Shown here: piece after piece, positions 53,924 to 64,000 of the stretch
Layout of the letters: every line of letters begins with the position of its first letter
Numbering within the stretch: the stretch's first letter is position 1
NCBI GenBank assembly: GCA_002633005.1
Contig: NMRA01000399.1
Coordinates: 215,570 to 279,569 of the forward strand
Direction: 5' to 3'
From: Phoronis australis
Lineage: Eukaryota; Animalia; Phoronida
DNA: 64,000 nucleotides
The notes under the pieces: model-generated
Told to the model about the DNA's origin: nothing
Database searches by the model: none
Seen by the model: the letters and a program-made list of their open reading frames with translations, nothing else
Program-made: the position numbers and the translations under genes

Positions 53924-54610
53924 ACCTGTCGTTGAGAACGACTTGTCAGTAAAAATGTGGTTTCGTGACAGCGTTTCGCAAATTCTTGTAACTCGAATGC
54001 AGGGACTCTGACATCGAGATTATTGCACTGATGTTGACATTCGCCGTGACAGTCAGCGGAGCAATTCTCCTTGGTTCTGCGACGGAGTAGCGAAATACGT
54101 GAGATTACAACCGAAAGTAACCGCTGAAAGAAGTCATAGATAGTAGCAAGCACTTTGTCCAAACAACTTCTGAATGGCCCTCAATGATATCAGTCCGTTA
54201 CCCCCAAGATTTTCTTGCGACTTGGGAACGCTAATCCCCTCCGGCATACACTGGCGCCTTTGTGAGGCTGAATCAATTGCACAAAACTAAACAACGCACA
54301 CTAAGGTATCGCGTTCCGAAAGTTTGTTTAGTAAACTAATTCCGTCGATAGTTCGGTTTCTTCTGAATATTTGTTAGAACGTCAGGCGTCTCAAAAATGT
54401 CACACAAAGTAATCCGTGATCAGTCGATGAGTAAACGTCTCCCTCTACCTAAGCGCATTGTACACTTTAAACTACCCGCTACAGTACTTCGCGTAAAATC
54501 ACGTGACCCTTATTTTCACAAGGCTCCCTAAGCAAACAGAGAGACAAAGAACGAGGAAGGTTCACAGTAAATATCCATAACAGCGTTTACGTAACCACGG
54601 CGACCTGTGA
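53924..54610 (-). promoter_or_regulatory. Likely 5'UTR/promoter region of the RGS3-like gene
   Basis: CpG-enriched relative to the introns; palindromic E-box TCACGTGA at ~54499; position directly upstream of exon 1. TSS not determinable. Confidence 0.4.
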
Positions 54611-56809
54611 AGTGTGAAGATATTCAGATGTCGTTAATCCGTTTACCGCATCCTTTTTTGTGATTGGGAATAGACGAAAACCGAATGGCACAAAGACAAC
54701 GAGCATAAACAAGGGTAATATTATATTTAAAGTAACTCCCCCTGAAGGAGCTTAATCAATAAATAGTCCAGCAGCCATTTGCCAGTTTTTTTCTCTGTTT
54801 GTGAACATTACTGCAATCTCGATGTAAATTGTCTGTGAAGGAACATTAGAGCGTTCTCCACCTATGATGTTTTTGTTTTCTGCAATTTAGGGAAATGTTC
54901 GTGTAACCCGGAAAACGTCCTTTATGGACTTATCTTTTGGTTGTGTACGTATGGCCGTAGCCCTAGATCCGCCTATGCTTCAGAAAAATAAATAGTTGAA
55001 ATGAACAATGCAGTTTTAGGTGTTATACAATGGTTGACACTTTCATCTTCAGGGAACCCGCTTGTCAAAGAAAAAATTATGAACTTTTTACAGAACGGTA
55101 TTATTCTGCCTATAATAATTTGAGAAATTTGTTTGTGGGAATCAAATCCAAGTAACTGTAATCACCTTTGGAAAGGTAATTCCCTCCAGACCCGAACGAG
55201 TGACAGATTAGTTCCACAATTTCTATGCACGGGTTTCAACTAGTAAATGTACCGAGGAAATAAACTAATAAATAATCTTAGAAACTGACAGCAGACACGC
55301 GACATGAGCTGTCATTAAACAAAACTGTCTACGGCCAATGGCTCTTCAAAGATATTAGTCCTTTCAACACTTTCACGTTCGTCTTTAGAGAGGATTTTGC
55401 CAAGTTCGTAATTCGCGCGTCAGAAATCCCCAACATCTGTTCAGTACGTCAATCATTTCAACGACAATGCAAGCCCCGCCTACTGAACAATGCGGCAAAT
55501 TCAACACTGCGGCATATAATGTTAAACGGGTGTAAACGGCACGCGTAGAGTATGGAGACGCCCAAAACAAATAAAGAATGTTTGCCAGGGTGCCATTGTA
55601 TTTACCTGTTGAATGAAAGTCCATCTGCCTCAAATTCCAGTTTGGCTCCGGGCTAACAGGTGGCAATACGATTTACAAGAGTTTTAAACCTCTTCAAAGC
55701 AATGACATGACGCGTTCTACCTTCATTAACCTTACGAAGGACTGCTTGTGAACACAAAGAAAATAAACGTATTATCAGGAAGATATTATCTACTATTACA
55801 AAGATAACGAGCTCTTTGATATTGTTCAGAAGAAACAACACCAACAGCGGTGGTAAAACACCCAGCTAAACACATGCAAAGAGCCTTCGATTCCTGTCAT
55901 GTGTTACGCACAGAGGTGTTTGTGCAAGACGTGAGTAGAAGAAGTGTTCCATTCGTCGAAATAACATGAAATTTTATTTTTTTCTGGTGAAAAGTACTGC
56001 CCACCTGGGTAGAAAGGAATTTCCATCCGGGTAAGAAGTACAAAAAAGTGTTTTGAATGTCATGTAGAGGTCACCGCAACAACGAAGTCCTGTGTAACAA
56101 GGTGAAACAAACTAAGAGTTTATTACAGGGGGAGCGAGTCATGCAGACAGGCTGGCAGGGACGAAGGACGGACGGACGGATGGGTAGACCGACGGGAGGA
56201 GAGAGGGAGGGAAGCAAAAATTAGTGATTACTAAGTTACGTATTATACTACTTGGGTCATTGAGCAACAAATACAGAAATTCGTCATCTGGAGTTCATAC
56301 AAAAATTGTTAACTACGAGCACGTTTGTGTTCGGAGATTGAATTTCTGTATGAAGTCATCGTGTACTCATTTTTAGTGTGTCATCAGTTCTGTTGCCGAT
56401 TTTACTTTCCAACAAGGAATTTCAGCTCAAACCATTTTAGTAGAAAAATACATGCCCAAATTATGGTCGTTCAGTTTAACATCGTTTTTGAAACAAAGAA
56501 TTTAGTATGATTTTTTAAGTTTAACATTTGAACTAACGAGATAAACGACGAATAGCACTCTTTAAAAACTCAGAAATTGATAATAGAACACGTTAAATTC
56601 ATGGCTGTAATATTCAAAACGTGTCTTACGTAATATCCTTCCAACGATCAGCTTTACAATCAGTTTTCTCAACTGAAAAAGGAGAATCTTCAAAACCCAT
56701 AGTTTCCACAGTGCATGTGATAAAACGATGACACGTTCACTTTATCTCGTCTATCAAGTTGGAGTTGTCGCGGCTAGAACACACGCAAGGTGAGCTTGAG
56801 GCTCCAGCT

Positions 56810-56883
56810 GGCCGGTTAGCTCAGTTGGTTAGAGCGTCGTGCTAATAACGCGAATGTCGTGGGTTCGATCCCCACACTGGCCA
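56810..56883 (+). tRNA. tRNA-Ile-AAT: tRNA-Ile(AAT), copy 1, intact
   Basis: GGCCGGT/ACTGGCC acceptor, GCTC/GAGC D stem, TCGTG-CTAATAA-CGCGA anticodon arm, GTGGG-TTCGATC-CCCAC T arm; T5 terminator at 56887-56891. Confidence 0.97.
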
Positions 56884-56886
56884 ATA

Positions 56887-56891
56887 TTTTT
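56887..56891 (+). terminator. Pol III T-run terminator of tRNA copy 1 (equivalents follow copies 2-4)
   Basis: TTTTT beginning 4 nt after the discriminator base. Confidence 0.8.
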
Positions 56892-58337
56892 ACACTATTG
56901 CAACACTGTGTACGCTGAGATGAAACAACGATCTCTTGGTTACATTTACTTTGTAATATTCTAAGACAAGAAAATTTGATACACTAACTTAGTGCATCTC
57001 TTTGATAGCTTGGTCAAATTAGTTATAAAAACAACAGTGACGGTGTGCACACAAGTAGGTTGAAAATTGCCTAACCGTTTCGAAAACGAGTTCTGTAGCC
57101 AAAATGATCCGCCGCAAATCACTGAACTGTGTCAAGTAAGTATCGTGACATGGTGCTGGGGAATGCATAATGCTGTCTACAGAGTTGCGTTGCTTGAAAC
57201 ATTCCCAAATAAGTTCCCTAATTCTACTGCGTATTTTTGGACTTGTGAAAATATCGATTGCCCTTTCTTGTATTGTTTTAGTTTCATTATTAAGTCAACT
57301 TTTGACTTTGATACAAATCGAGAGTGAACTTCACATTGAATTGTCAATGTTATTGAAAATAGTTAGGGATTTTTTCATGCAACACCCCCAATTTAAGGAC
57401 TGAGTCTCTATTTATTTTCAATGAACTCTGGGCTCTGTGTTAGTAGTATTATTAGAAAATGTCATTAATTAAAGAGGAGTTCATAATAAAGATAAAATTA
57501 TAGAAAAACATTGCGTTTGTGTGTCCATAAACAGACAAATACGCAAAAAGATTTAGGGACCTTAGTTGAGTCCCTATTTTGGACTGTTTTATGCAACCGG
57601 CCGCAGGAGCCGGGTTTGCAGATTTTTTTGTTTTCACATTTACAAGTTGTCAGTGTATAAAACTACACTTTGTTTAGCGTAGACGATGTTCAAATAGCAT
57701 TGTCGGTTAGTTCCTAAAGTACATTAGCACAGGTAGGAGCATGGAAATACATTTTAATACCAGTTAACGTTTAATAATGGACCGACACACAATCACACCA
57801 CAAGCGCGCAAACTGCATACTTTACCGAATGACAACACCAGAGATCATTAAAAATCTGCCAATTGTTTTCAAAGTATTCTTCGTTTCCATTATTCGTTAA
57901 AATATACTTAAGCTTGTTTAAGTAATATTGACGGGGAAATTGTCTTAAATTTCAGTGATAAAAACGTTCACTGGTGTATATTTGCGCCCACTCGATCCAA
58001 ATATGACAGTGACAGCATCTAAATTAGTGTTTGCATATCTCGATCTCTGGGGAAACGCCATGTTGCTGCTACTTTGAAGTTACGACCAATGGACGGTTAG
58101 CTCATTTATTTTCAAATTATAATTACATTTATTTTGAAGTAACGACCAATCGCCGGTTAGCTCATTTGTTTTCAAATTATAATTATATTTATTTCTAAGC
58201 TACTAATTGCCATTCATTGTGAGTCGCTATCGAGGGAAAAACACTGTAATGATTAATTTGTCTTCTGCCCAGCCGTTATGACAGGGAGTTGCCATTGATT
58301 TCGTGTGTTTCCGTTTGGCGTTTATTTTGTGGCCAGT

Positions 58338-58411
58338 GGCCGGTTAGCTCAGTTGGTTAGAGCGTCGTGCTAATAACGCGAATGTCGTGGGTTCGACCCC
58401 CACACTGGCCA
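58338..58411 (+). tRNA. tRNA-Ile-AAT: tRNA-Ile(AAT), copy 2, intact (T loop TTCGACC)
   Basis: Same cloverleaf; followed by ATATTTTT. Confidence 0.95.
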
Positions 58412-59828
58412 ATATTTTTACACTATTGCAGCACTGTGTACGCTGAGATGAAACAACATCCCTTGGTTACATTCACTATGTAATATTCTTAGGCAAGAAA
58501 TGTTGATACGCAAACTTAAAGAAAGTGCAACTCGCACGCTAATTCCTTATCTCTTTGATTGCTTGGTCAACATATAGCGACGGTGTGCATACAAGTAAGT
58601 TGAAAATTGCATAACGGTTTAAAGAACGAGTTTGGTGGCGAAAATGATCCGCCGAATATCACTGAACTGTGTCGAGTAAGTATCCTCACGTGGTGCCGGG
58701 GAATGCATAATGCAGGCTAGTACAGAGCTGCGTTGCTTGAAACAGTCCCAAATAAGTTCCCTAATTCTACTGCGTATTTTTGGACTTGTGAAAATATCGA
58801 TTGCCCTTTCTTGTATTGTTTTAGTTTCATTATTAAGTCAACTTTTGACTTTGATACAAATCGAGAGTGAACTTCACATTGAATTGTCAATGTTATTGAA
58901 AATAGTTAGGGATCTTTTCATGCAACACCCCCAATTTAAGGACTGAGTCCCTATTTATTTTCAATGAACTCTGGGCTCTGCGTTAGTAGTATTATTAGAA
59001 AGTGTCATTGATTAATGAGGATTTCATAATAAAGATAAAATGATAGAAAAATATTGCGTCTGTGTGTCCATAAACAGACAAATACGCAAAAAGATTTAGG
59101 GACCTTAGTTGAGTCCCTATTTGGGACTGTTTTATGCAACCGGCCACAGGAGCCGGGTTTGCAGATTTTTTTTGTTTTCACATTTACAAGTTGTCAGTGT
59201 ATAAAAGTACACGTTGTTTAGCGTAGACGATGTTCAAATAGCATTGTCGGTTAGTTCCTAAAGTACATTAGTACAGGTAGGAGCATGGAAATACATTTTA
59301 ATACCAGTTAACGTTTAATAATGGACCGACACACATTCACACCACAAGCGTGCAAACTGCATGATACTTTACCAAATGACAACACCAGAGATCATTCAGT
59401 CTGCCATTCGTTCAAAGTATTCTTCGTTTCCATTTTTCGTTAAAATATACTTAAGCTTGTTTAAGTAATATTGACGGGGAAATTGTCTTAAATTTTAGTG
59501 ATAAAAACGTTCACAGATATATATTTGCGACCACTCGATCCAAATATGACAGTGACAGCATCTAAATTAGTGTTTGCATATCTCGATCTCTGGTGAAACA
59601 CCATGTTGGTGCTGTTATTTTGAAGTTACAACCAATATCCGGTTAGCTCATTTGTTTTCAAATTATAATTACATTTATTTCTAATCTACTAATTACCATT
59701 CATTGTGCGTCGCGATCGAGGGAAAAACATTGTAATAATTAACTGAATTTGTCTTCTGCCCAGCCGTTATGACAGGGAGTTGCCATTGATTTCGTGTGTT
59801 TCCGTTTGGCGTTTATTTTGTGACCAGC

Positions 59829-59902
59829 GGCCGGTTAGCTCAGTTGGTTAGAGCGTCGTGCTAATAACGCGAATGTCGCGGGTTCGACCCCCACACTGGC
59901 CA
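59829..59902 (+). tRNA. tRNA-Ile-AAT: tRNA-Ile(AAT), copy 3 (one C:A mismatch in the T stem)
   Basis: GCGGG/CCCAC T stem; A and B boxes and terminator present. Confidence 0.9.
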
Positions 59903-60256
59903 ATATTTTTACATTATTGCAGCACTGTGTACGCTGAGATGAAACAACATCCCTTGGTTACATTCACTATGTAATGTTCTTAGGCAAGAAATTTTGATAC
60001 GCAAACTTAAAAGTGCAACTCGCACCCTAATTCCTTATCTCTTTGATTGCTTGGTCAAATTAGTTATAAAAACAACATATAGCGACGGTGTGCATACAAG
60101 TAAGTTGAAAATTGCATAACGTTTTTAAAAACGAGTTTGGTGGCGAAAATGATCCGCCGCAAATCACTGAACTGTGTCAAGTAAGTATAGTGATGTGGTG
60201 CTGGGAGTTGCCATTGATTGCGTGTGTTTCCGTTTGGCGTTTATTGTGCGACCAAC

Positions 60257-60330
60257 GGCCGGTTAGTTCAGTTGGTTAGATCGTCGTGCTAATAACGCGA
60301 ATGTCGTGGGTTCGACCCTCACACTGGCCA
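60257..60330 (+). tRNA. tRNA-Ile-AAT: tRNA-Ile(AAT), copy 4, mutated (possible pseudogene)
   Basis: D stem GTTC/GATC (T:T mismatch), T stem G:T; T5 terminator retained. Confidence 0.75.
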
Positions 60331-60415
60331 GTATTTTTACGTGGATAGAATTGTCTAGACCATCTCGCCCAGGCGGAGTTGTTGGGTATAAATTTGAAAC
60401 TTCAAACTTGGGAAA

Positions 60416-60487
60416 CGCAGTTAGTTCAGAGGATCAGAGCATCGTGCTAATAACGCGAATATTGTGTGTTGTGTCCCGCACTTGCCA
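60416..60487 (+). pseudogene. Degenerate tRNA-Ile(AAT) relic
   Basis: Intact TCGTGCTAATAACGCGAAT anticodon arm; B box (GTTCGA) lost and acceptor degraded. Confidence 0.8.
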
Positions 60488-60861
60488 AGATTTAGTTGCA
60501 ACTGTTTAAAGTGCCGTCCGCTCACCGTAAAGCAGATCTACCGTGCACGAGAATGATATCGAAGTGACTAAGTGTCCGGTATCCTGACCAGGTGTCCAGT
60601 GTGCCATAGCCCTGCCCCCTCCGGACACGACGTTACATGTGGCTATTGTAGAACCTACGCGAGAGTTTTTCTGCGAAATGTGTAAATTGTTGCCCCCCCC
60701 CCATAAGACACTCTAGATCCGCCAGTGGAAAGCGATTTGATTAACTTTTATTGCATTTTGCATGAAATATGGTTTCTTGTACTCCTGGAGTTGTCCGACA
60801 GCAATTCTGTTTTCGGAAGATGGAAGATTTTAGTTTGTCATGCAAGTGCTCCATATGTAAA

Positions 60862-61325
60862 CCGGAAGTTATATCACTAGTACAACTTGTATTGAGAAAA
60901 AGGCGTGTGAAGGGAAGTTATGTCTCTATTACAACTTGTATTGAGAATAGGGCGTGTGTACGAAAGTTATGTCACTAGTACAACTTATATTGACAATGGG
61001 GCGTGTGTACGGAAGTTATGTCACTAGTACAACTTGTACTGAGAATAGGGAGTGTAAACGGAAGTTAGTAGTACAACTTGTATTGAGAATAGGGCGTGTA
61101 AACGGAACTTATGTCACTAGTACAACTTGTATTGAGAAAAGGGCGTGTGAACGAAATTTATGTCACTAGTACAACTTGTATTAAGAAAAGGGCGTGTGAA
61201 CGAAAGTTATGTCACTAGTACAACTTGTATTGAGAATAGGGCGTGTGTACGGAGGTTATGTCACTAGTACAACTTATTTTGAGAAAAGGGCGTGTGAACG
61301 GAAGTTATGTCACTAGTACTACTTA
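60862..61325. repeat. 49-bp minisatellite, ~9 copies
   Basis: Unit GGAAGTTATGTCACTAGTACAACTTGTATTGAGAATAGGGCGTGTGTAC. Confidence 0.93.
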
Positions 61326-64000
61326 CGGGCCCTTTTGCAAACGGTTCAACTTTTGGGCGTCATCGACAAAGGATTTGTGTACACGGCAACGATATCGTTA
61401 CGGAGTTAAGTTTGTTGTATTGATACAAGTTACGGGTGAAATTTGTCTTGTTTCTCACAAAGCCTTGTTTTTAATTGACACTTGCTAACTTTGTTCTTTG
61501 TGGAAGCACGCTAAAATCGTTGCAAATTATGGCGCTTATGTTTGGAAAAAATCCGAATATTTACCCGTTTTAGAAGATCCAATGTCCACGCAAGCTTTCG
61601 AAGCAACTTACCGATGGTGCTATTTTGGGGGAGGGTCCGCTTATGACGGAGACACCTACATGTACAAACAGAGCACTTGAGAGCGCATTGACACCTGTCG
61701 CATGCAAACAAAGAATGGTATCAAACCTTTCAATGGAAGTACTGACCGCTTGAAGTGATCATAACTTACTGTGTTTGTTCAGAGGCTTGGACACGCGTTT
61801 GTTCATGGTTTGTGTACAGACAAACGTTCTTCAATATCGAGTAAAAGAGGAACTCCAATTTGTAAAATTTCTCAGCAAAAATTAATTTTAATGACCGTGA
61901 CATCATTTCATTACTAGCATGGGTTGTACACTACGACTGAAACAACAAAACAAAATGTGAATATACGTGCAATTTACATAGTTTTCCGTACATCAAGACA
62001 GATTGCCCGCCGTTATATTTATGAAACAGATTGCCATGATTAAATCAAACCGAAGTTGTGCGCGAATCTCTCTGCCCAAACAACAGACGTACTGCATTTA
62101 GTCGCTAATGGTGTAATATAATATCTAATTAAAAATAATATAAATACAGGGTTTTACCTCAGAGAACTAACAAAATGGCCGGGGGGTGAAAAGGAAGTAG
62201 TGACGAAGCCTACATTCCCCCAGCATAATCGGGAAATTCAGAACAAACTTGATAGTCATGATTGCATCATGGTGAAATGTCGAACTGTTGGTAATATGCT
62301 TTTTGGTTCTTGGTAAACTAAGGCGACTGACTTGCATTTCACCAAAGAGACCAACTTTTGACTTAGCACTTACGGTTTGTGACGTAATTTCTGGGTTTGC
62401 GAAGAACTGACGATTCGATATTTCTTGAGGCCATGCCTGGCACATAAAACGACACTCTGAGGCAAGACAAATGTAGAGCCCGGTCTAGTGCAATAGCGAA
62501 CGCTATGAATCTTTGAAAATTTCTCCAATTAGACAAAGGAACAATTTGATAACAATCTTATAACGGTGAGTTGTCCAAATCATTTTTTGTGATAGAGAGC
62601 GGGTTCTTAGTCGCCATCTCGTCTCATTCGGGTATAATAATAGGGACTTCTTATCAAGCGGCTCGTGCTTTGAATTTACCGCCATCTCATGTTGTCAACA
62701 ATGACAGGTGTTCCAAAGATAATGACCTACTTTACTAACGTATGTGACCTCTCGGAAACCTTTGACCCACTTTTTATCAAGCATCTAGAACTCGCGTACA
62801 AATCCAAAGTTAGTAAAGTTCAGTGTCATCTAAATTTCATCAGTGACAAAATTTGTGTTTAAATGTTTCACTATGCTGATTTCTTTCGGGTATTTATCTT
62901 CTATGATTGACGTTGCCTGTCCCGTTGGCTAACGGATTTGAATTAAATTTAGCATGTGCATATGTAGGTAAAACTTGAAAGATCAGAACGCCTTGAGGAA
63001 GCTATAGAATAGAGTAGAGTTGTTTTCGGTTAAAACGTATCATACGTTTGTCGATAAATAAAGAACACAGACCATTGAGAAGCTTTTACATCCGACCAAC
63101 AGGAGATTGTTTTTAAAATTCTCTTGTTAAAAAGTAACTTGATTGCAAAGCCGGTGGGTGCGAAACTCGGGATTGGAGGACTTGTGTAACCCCTCAGTTC
63201 AGCGTCAAGTTTTCTGCTTCCGTGGGACGCTCCTCTCTGAGGAACTAAACAGGGGAGTCCGGGATGAAGCTGATCGTGGCGGATTCAAACTGCGCGGATC
63301 TCTGTTGCTGGCCAGTGGTGTGTGATTCGATGCACCCGGGGTTTCTGGCGGGCTACGCATTCTACTGGCAATAATAACCGTGAACGATAGTAATACATGC
63401 ACGCACCCAGCCTAGAATATAGGGGGCTCGAATTTTTCAGTATATGGACCTTTTACTGAGAAAAAATAAAACGGGGACTAAAAAACGGGTTGTGACTACT
63501 TTCAGACCTATGGCCATTTATTTTGTTTTGTAACGTATTGAGATGTTTGGTTCACGTATTGAAACAGGTCACTTTTTGGTCGTGTAGTGAAATGGGTGAA
63601 AGTTTCATGAGTTTTTGTGAATCTGTTTGTTCACGATTCTTAGGAAGCGAAATGGATCTATTTTTAACTCTTGAAGGCACACCTGAGTCCATAGGTACAT
63701 GAGGACCCCTAGGGTGACGATGAAATAGATTGACAGGAGGAATGAACCTGAGCCTCGAGCCGTCCCTGCACCTCACGTCTTACGGGCTAACAAGCATATA
63801 CGTATCAATAGTTTGTAATGTATATAGTGATCGGATGATAAAATGATATCCCTTACATATCAAGTAGAGGCCCTAACTAAGGAAGCTAGATTATTAGATG
63901 AAAGTAATATTTCCGGTCCACAGGGCCTGCCAGCAACTATTATTTTCACCGAGAAACGGATGTGTCTTTGCAACATATATCCCCGTTTATTCAGTTTTGA

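Larger units (their letters stand above)
56810..60340 (+). repeat. Tandem duplication units carrying tRNA-Ile (start-to-start 1528, 1491, 428 bp)
   Basis: Spacer sequence recurs nearly identically (e.g. 57170-58330 vs 58720-59820); the third unit is internally deleted. Confidence 0.92.

Noticed and set aside
57170-58946. Repeated 77-78 aa hydrophobic ORF in tRNA spacers
   Set aside because: Copied with the tandem unit; AT-rich chance ORF with differing starts
56810-60330. tRNA copies as tRNA-derived SINEs
   Set aside because: Full cloverleaves with immediate T5 terminators, no SINE body, tail or TSD; duplicated together with their flanks
61498-62685. Short ORFs at 61498-61680 (+) and 62503-62685 (-) as exons of a neighbouring gene
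   Set aside because: No recognisable homology or consistent splice partners visible
63180-63480. Telomerase RNA / RNase MRP / U3 candidate
   Set aside because: TAACCCCT is not a CTAACCCT template; GAAAGTCCCC P4 and proper U3 boxes are absent

Overview
AT-rich eukaryotic (animal-type) genomic DNA from a gapped draft assembly. It is probably a heterozygous invertebrate, but the species cannot be determined from the sequence. The main feature is one spliced minus-strand gene reconstructed by hand from GT-AG boundaries and phase continuity: 18 exons, 53923->28862, 2820 nt CDS, about 939 aa. Its architecture is RGS3-like C2 - PDZ - degenerate RhoGEF(DH) - PH - tail, and no RGS box was found before the stop. 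Two exons appear twice, in near-identical blocks flanking assembly gaps, most likely uncollapsed haplotypes. About 2.9 kb upstream of the gene lies a tandem tRNA-Ile(AAT) array with ~1.5-kb units: 2 intact copies, 1 with a T-stem mismatch, 1 more mutated copy, 1 relic and three 5' fragments. The window also has a 2.9-kb TA-flanked TIR element, a 1.35-kb TIR element, MITEs and more than 20 unrelated minisatellites, one of which multiplies a splice donor. No CRISPR array or prokaryote-type system is supported. Most ORFs in the supplied track are repeat-derived or antisense noise.
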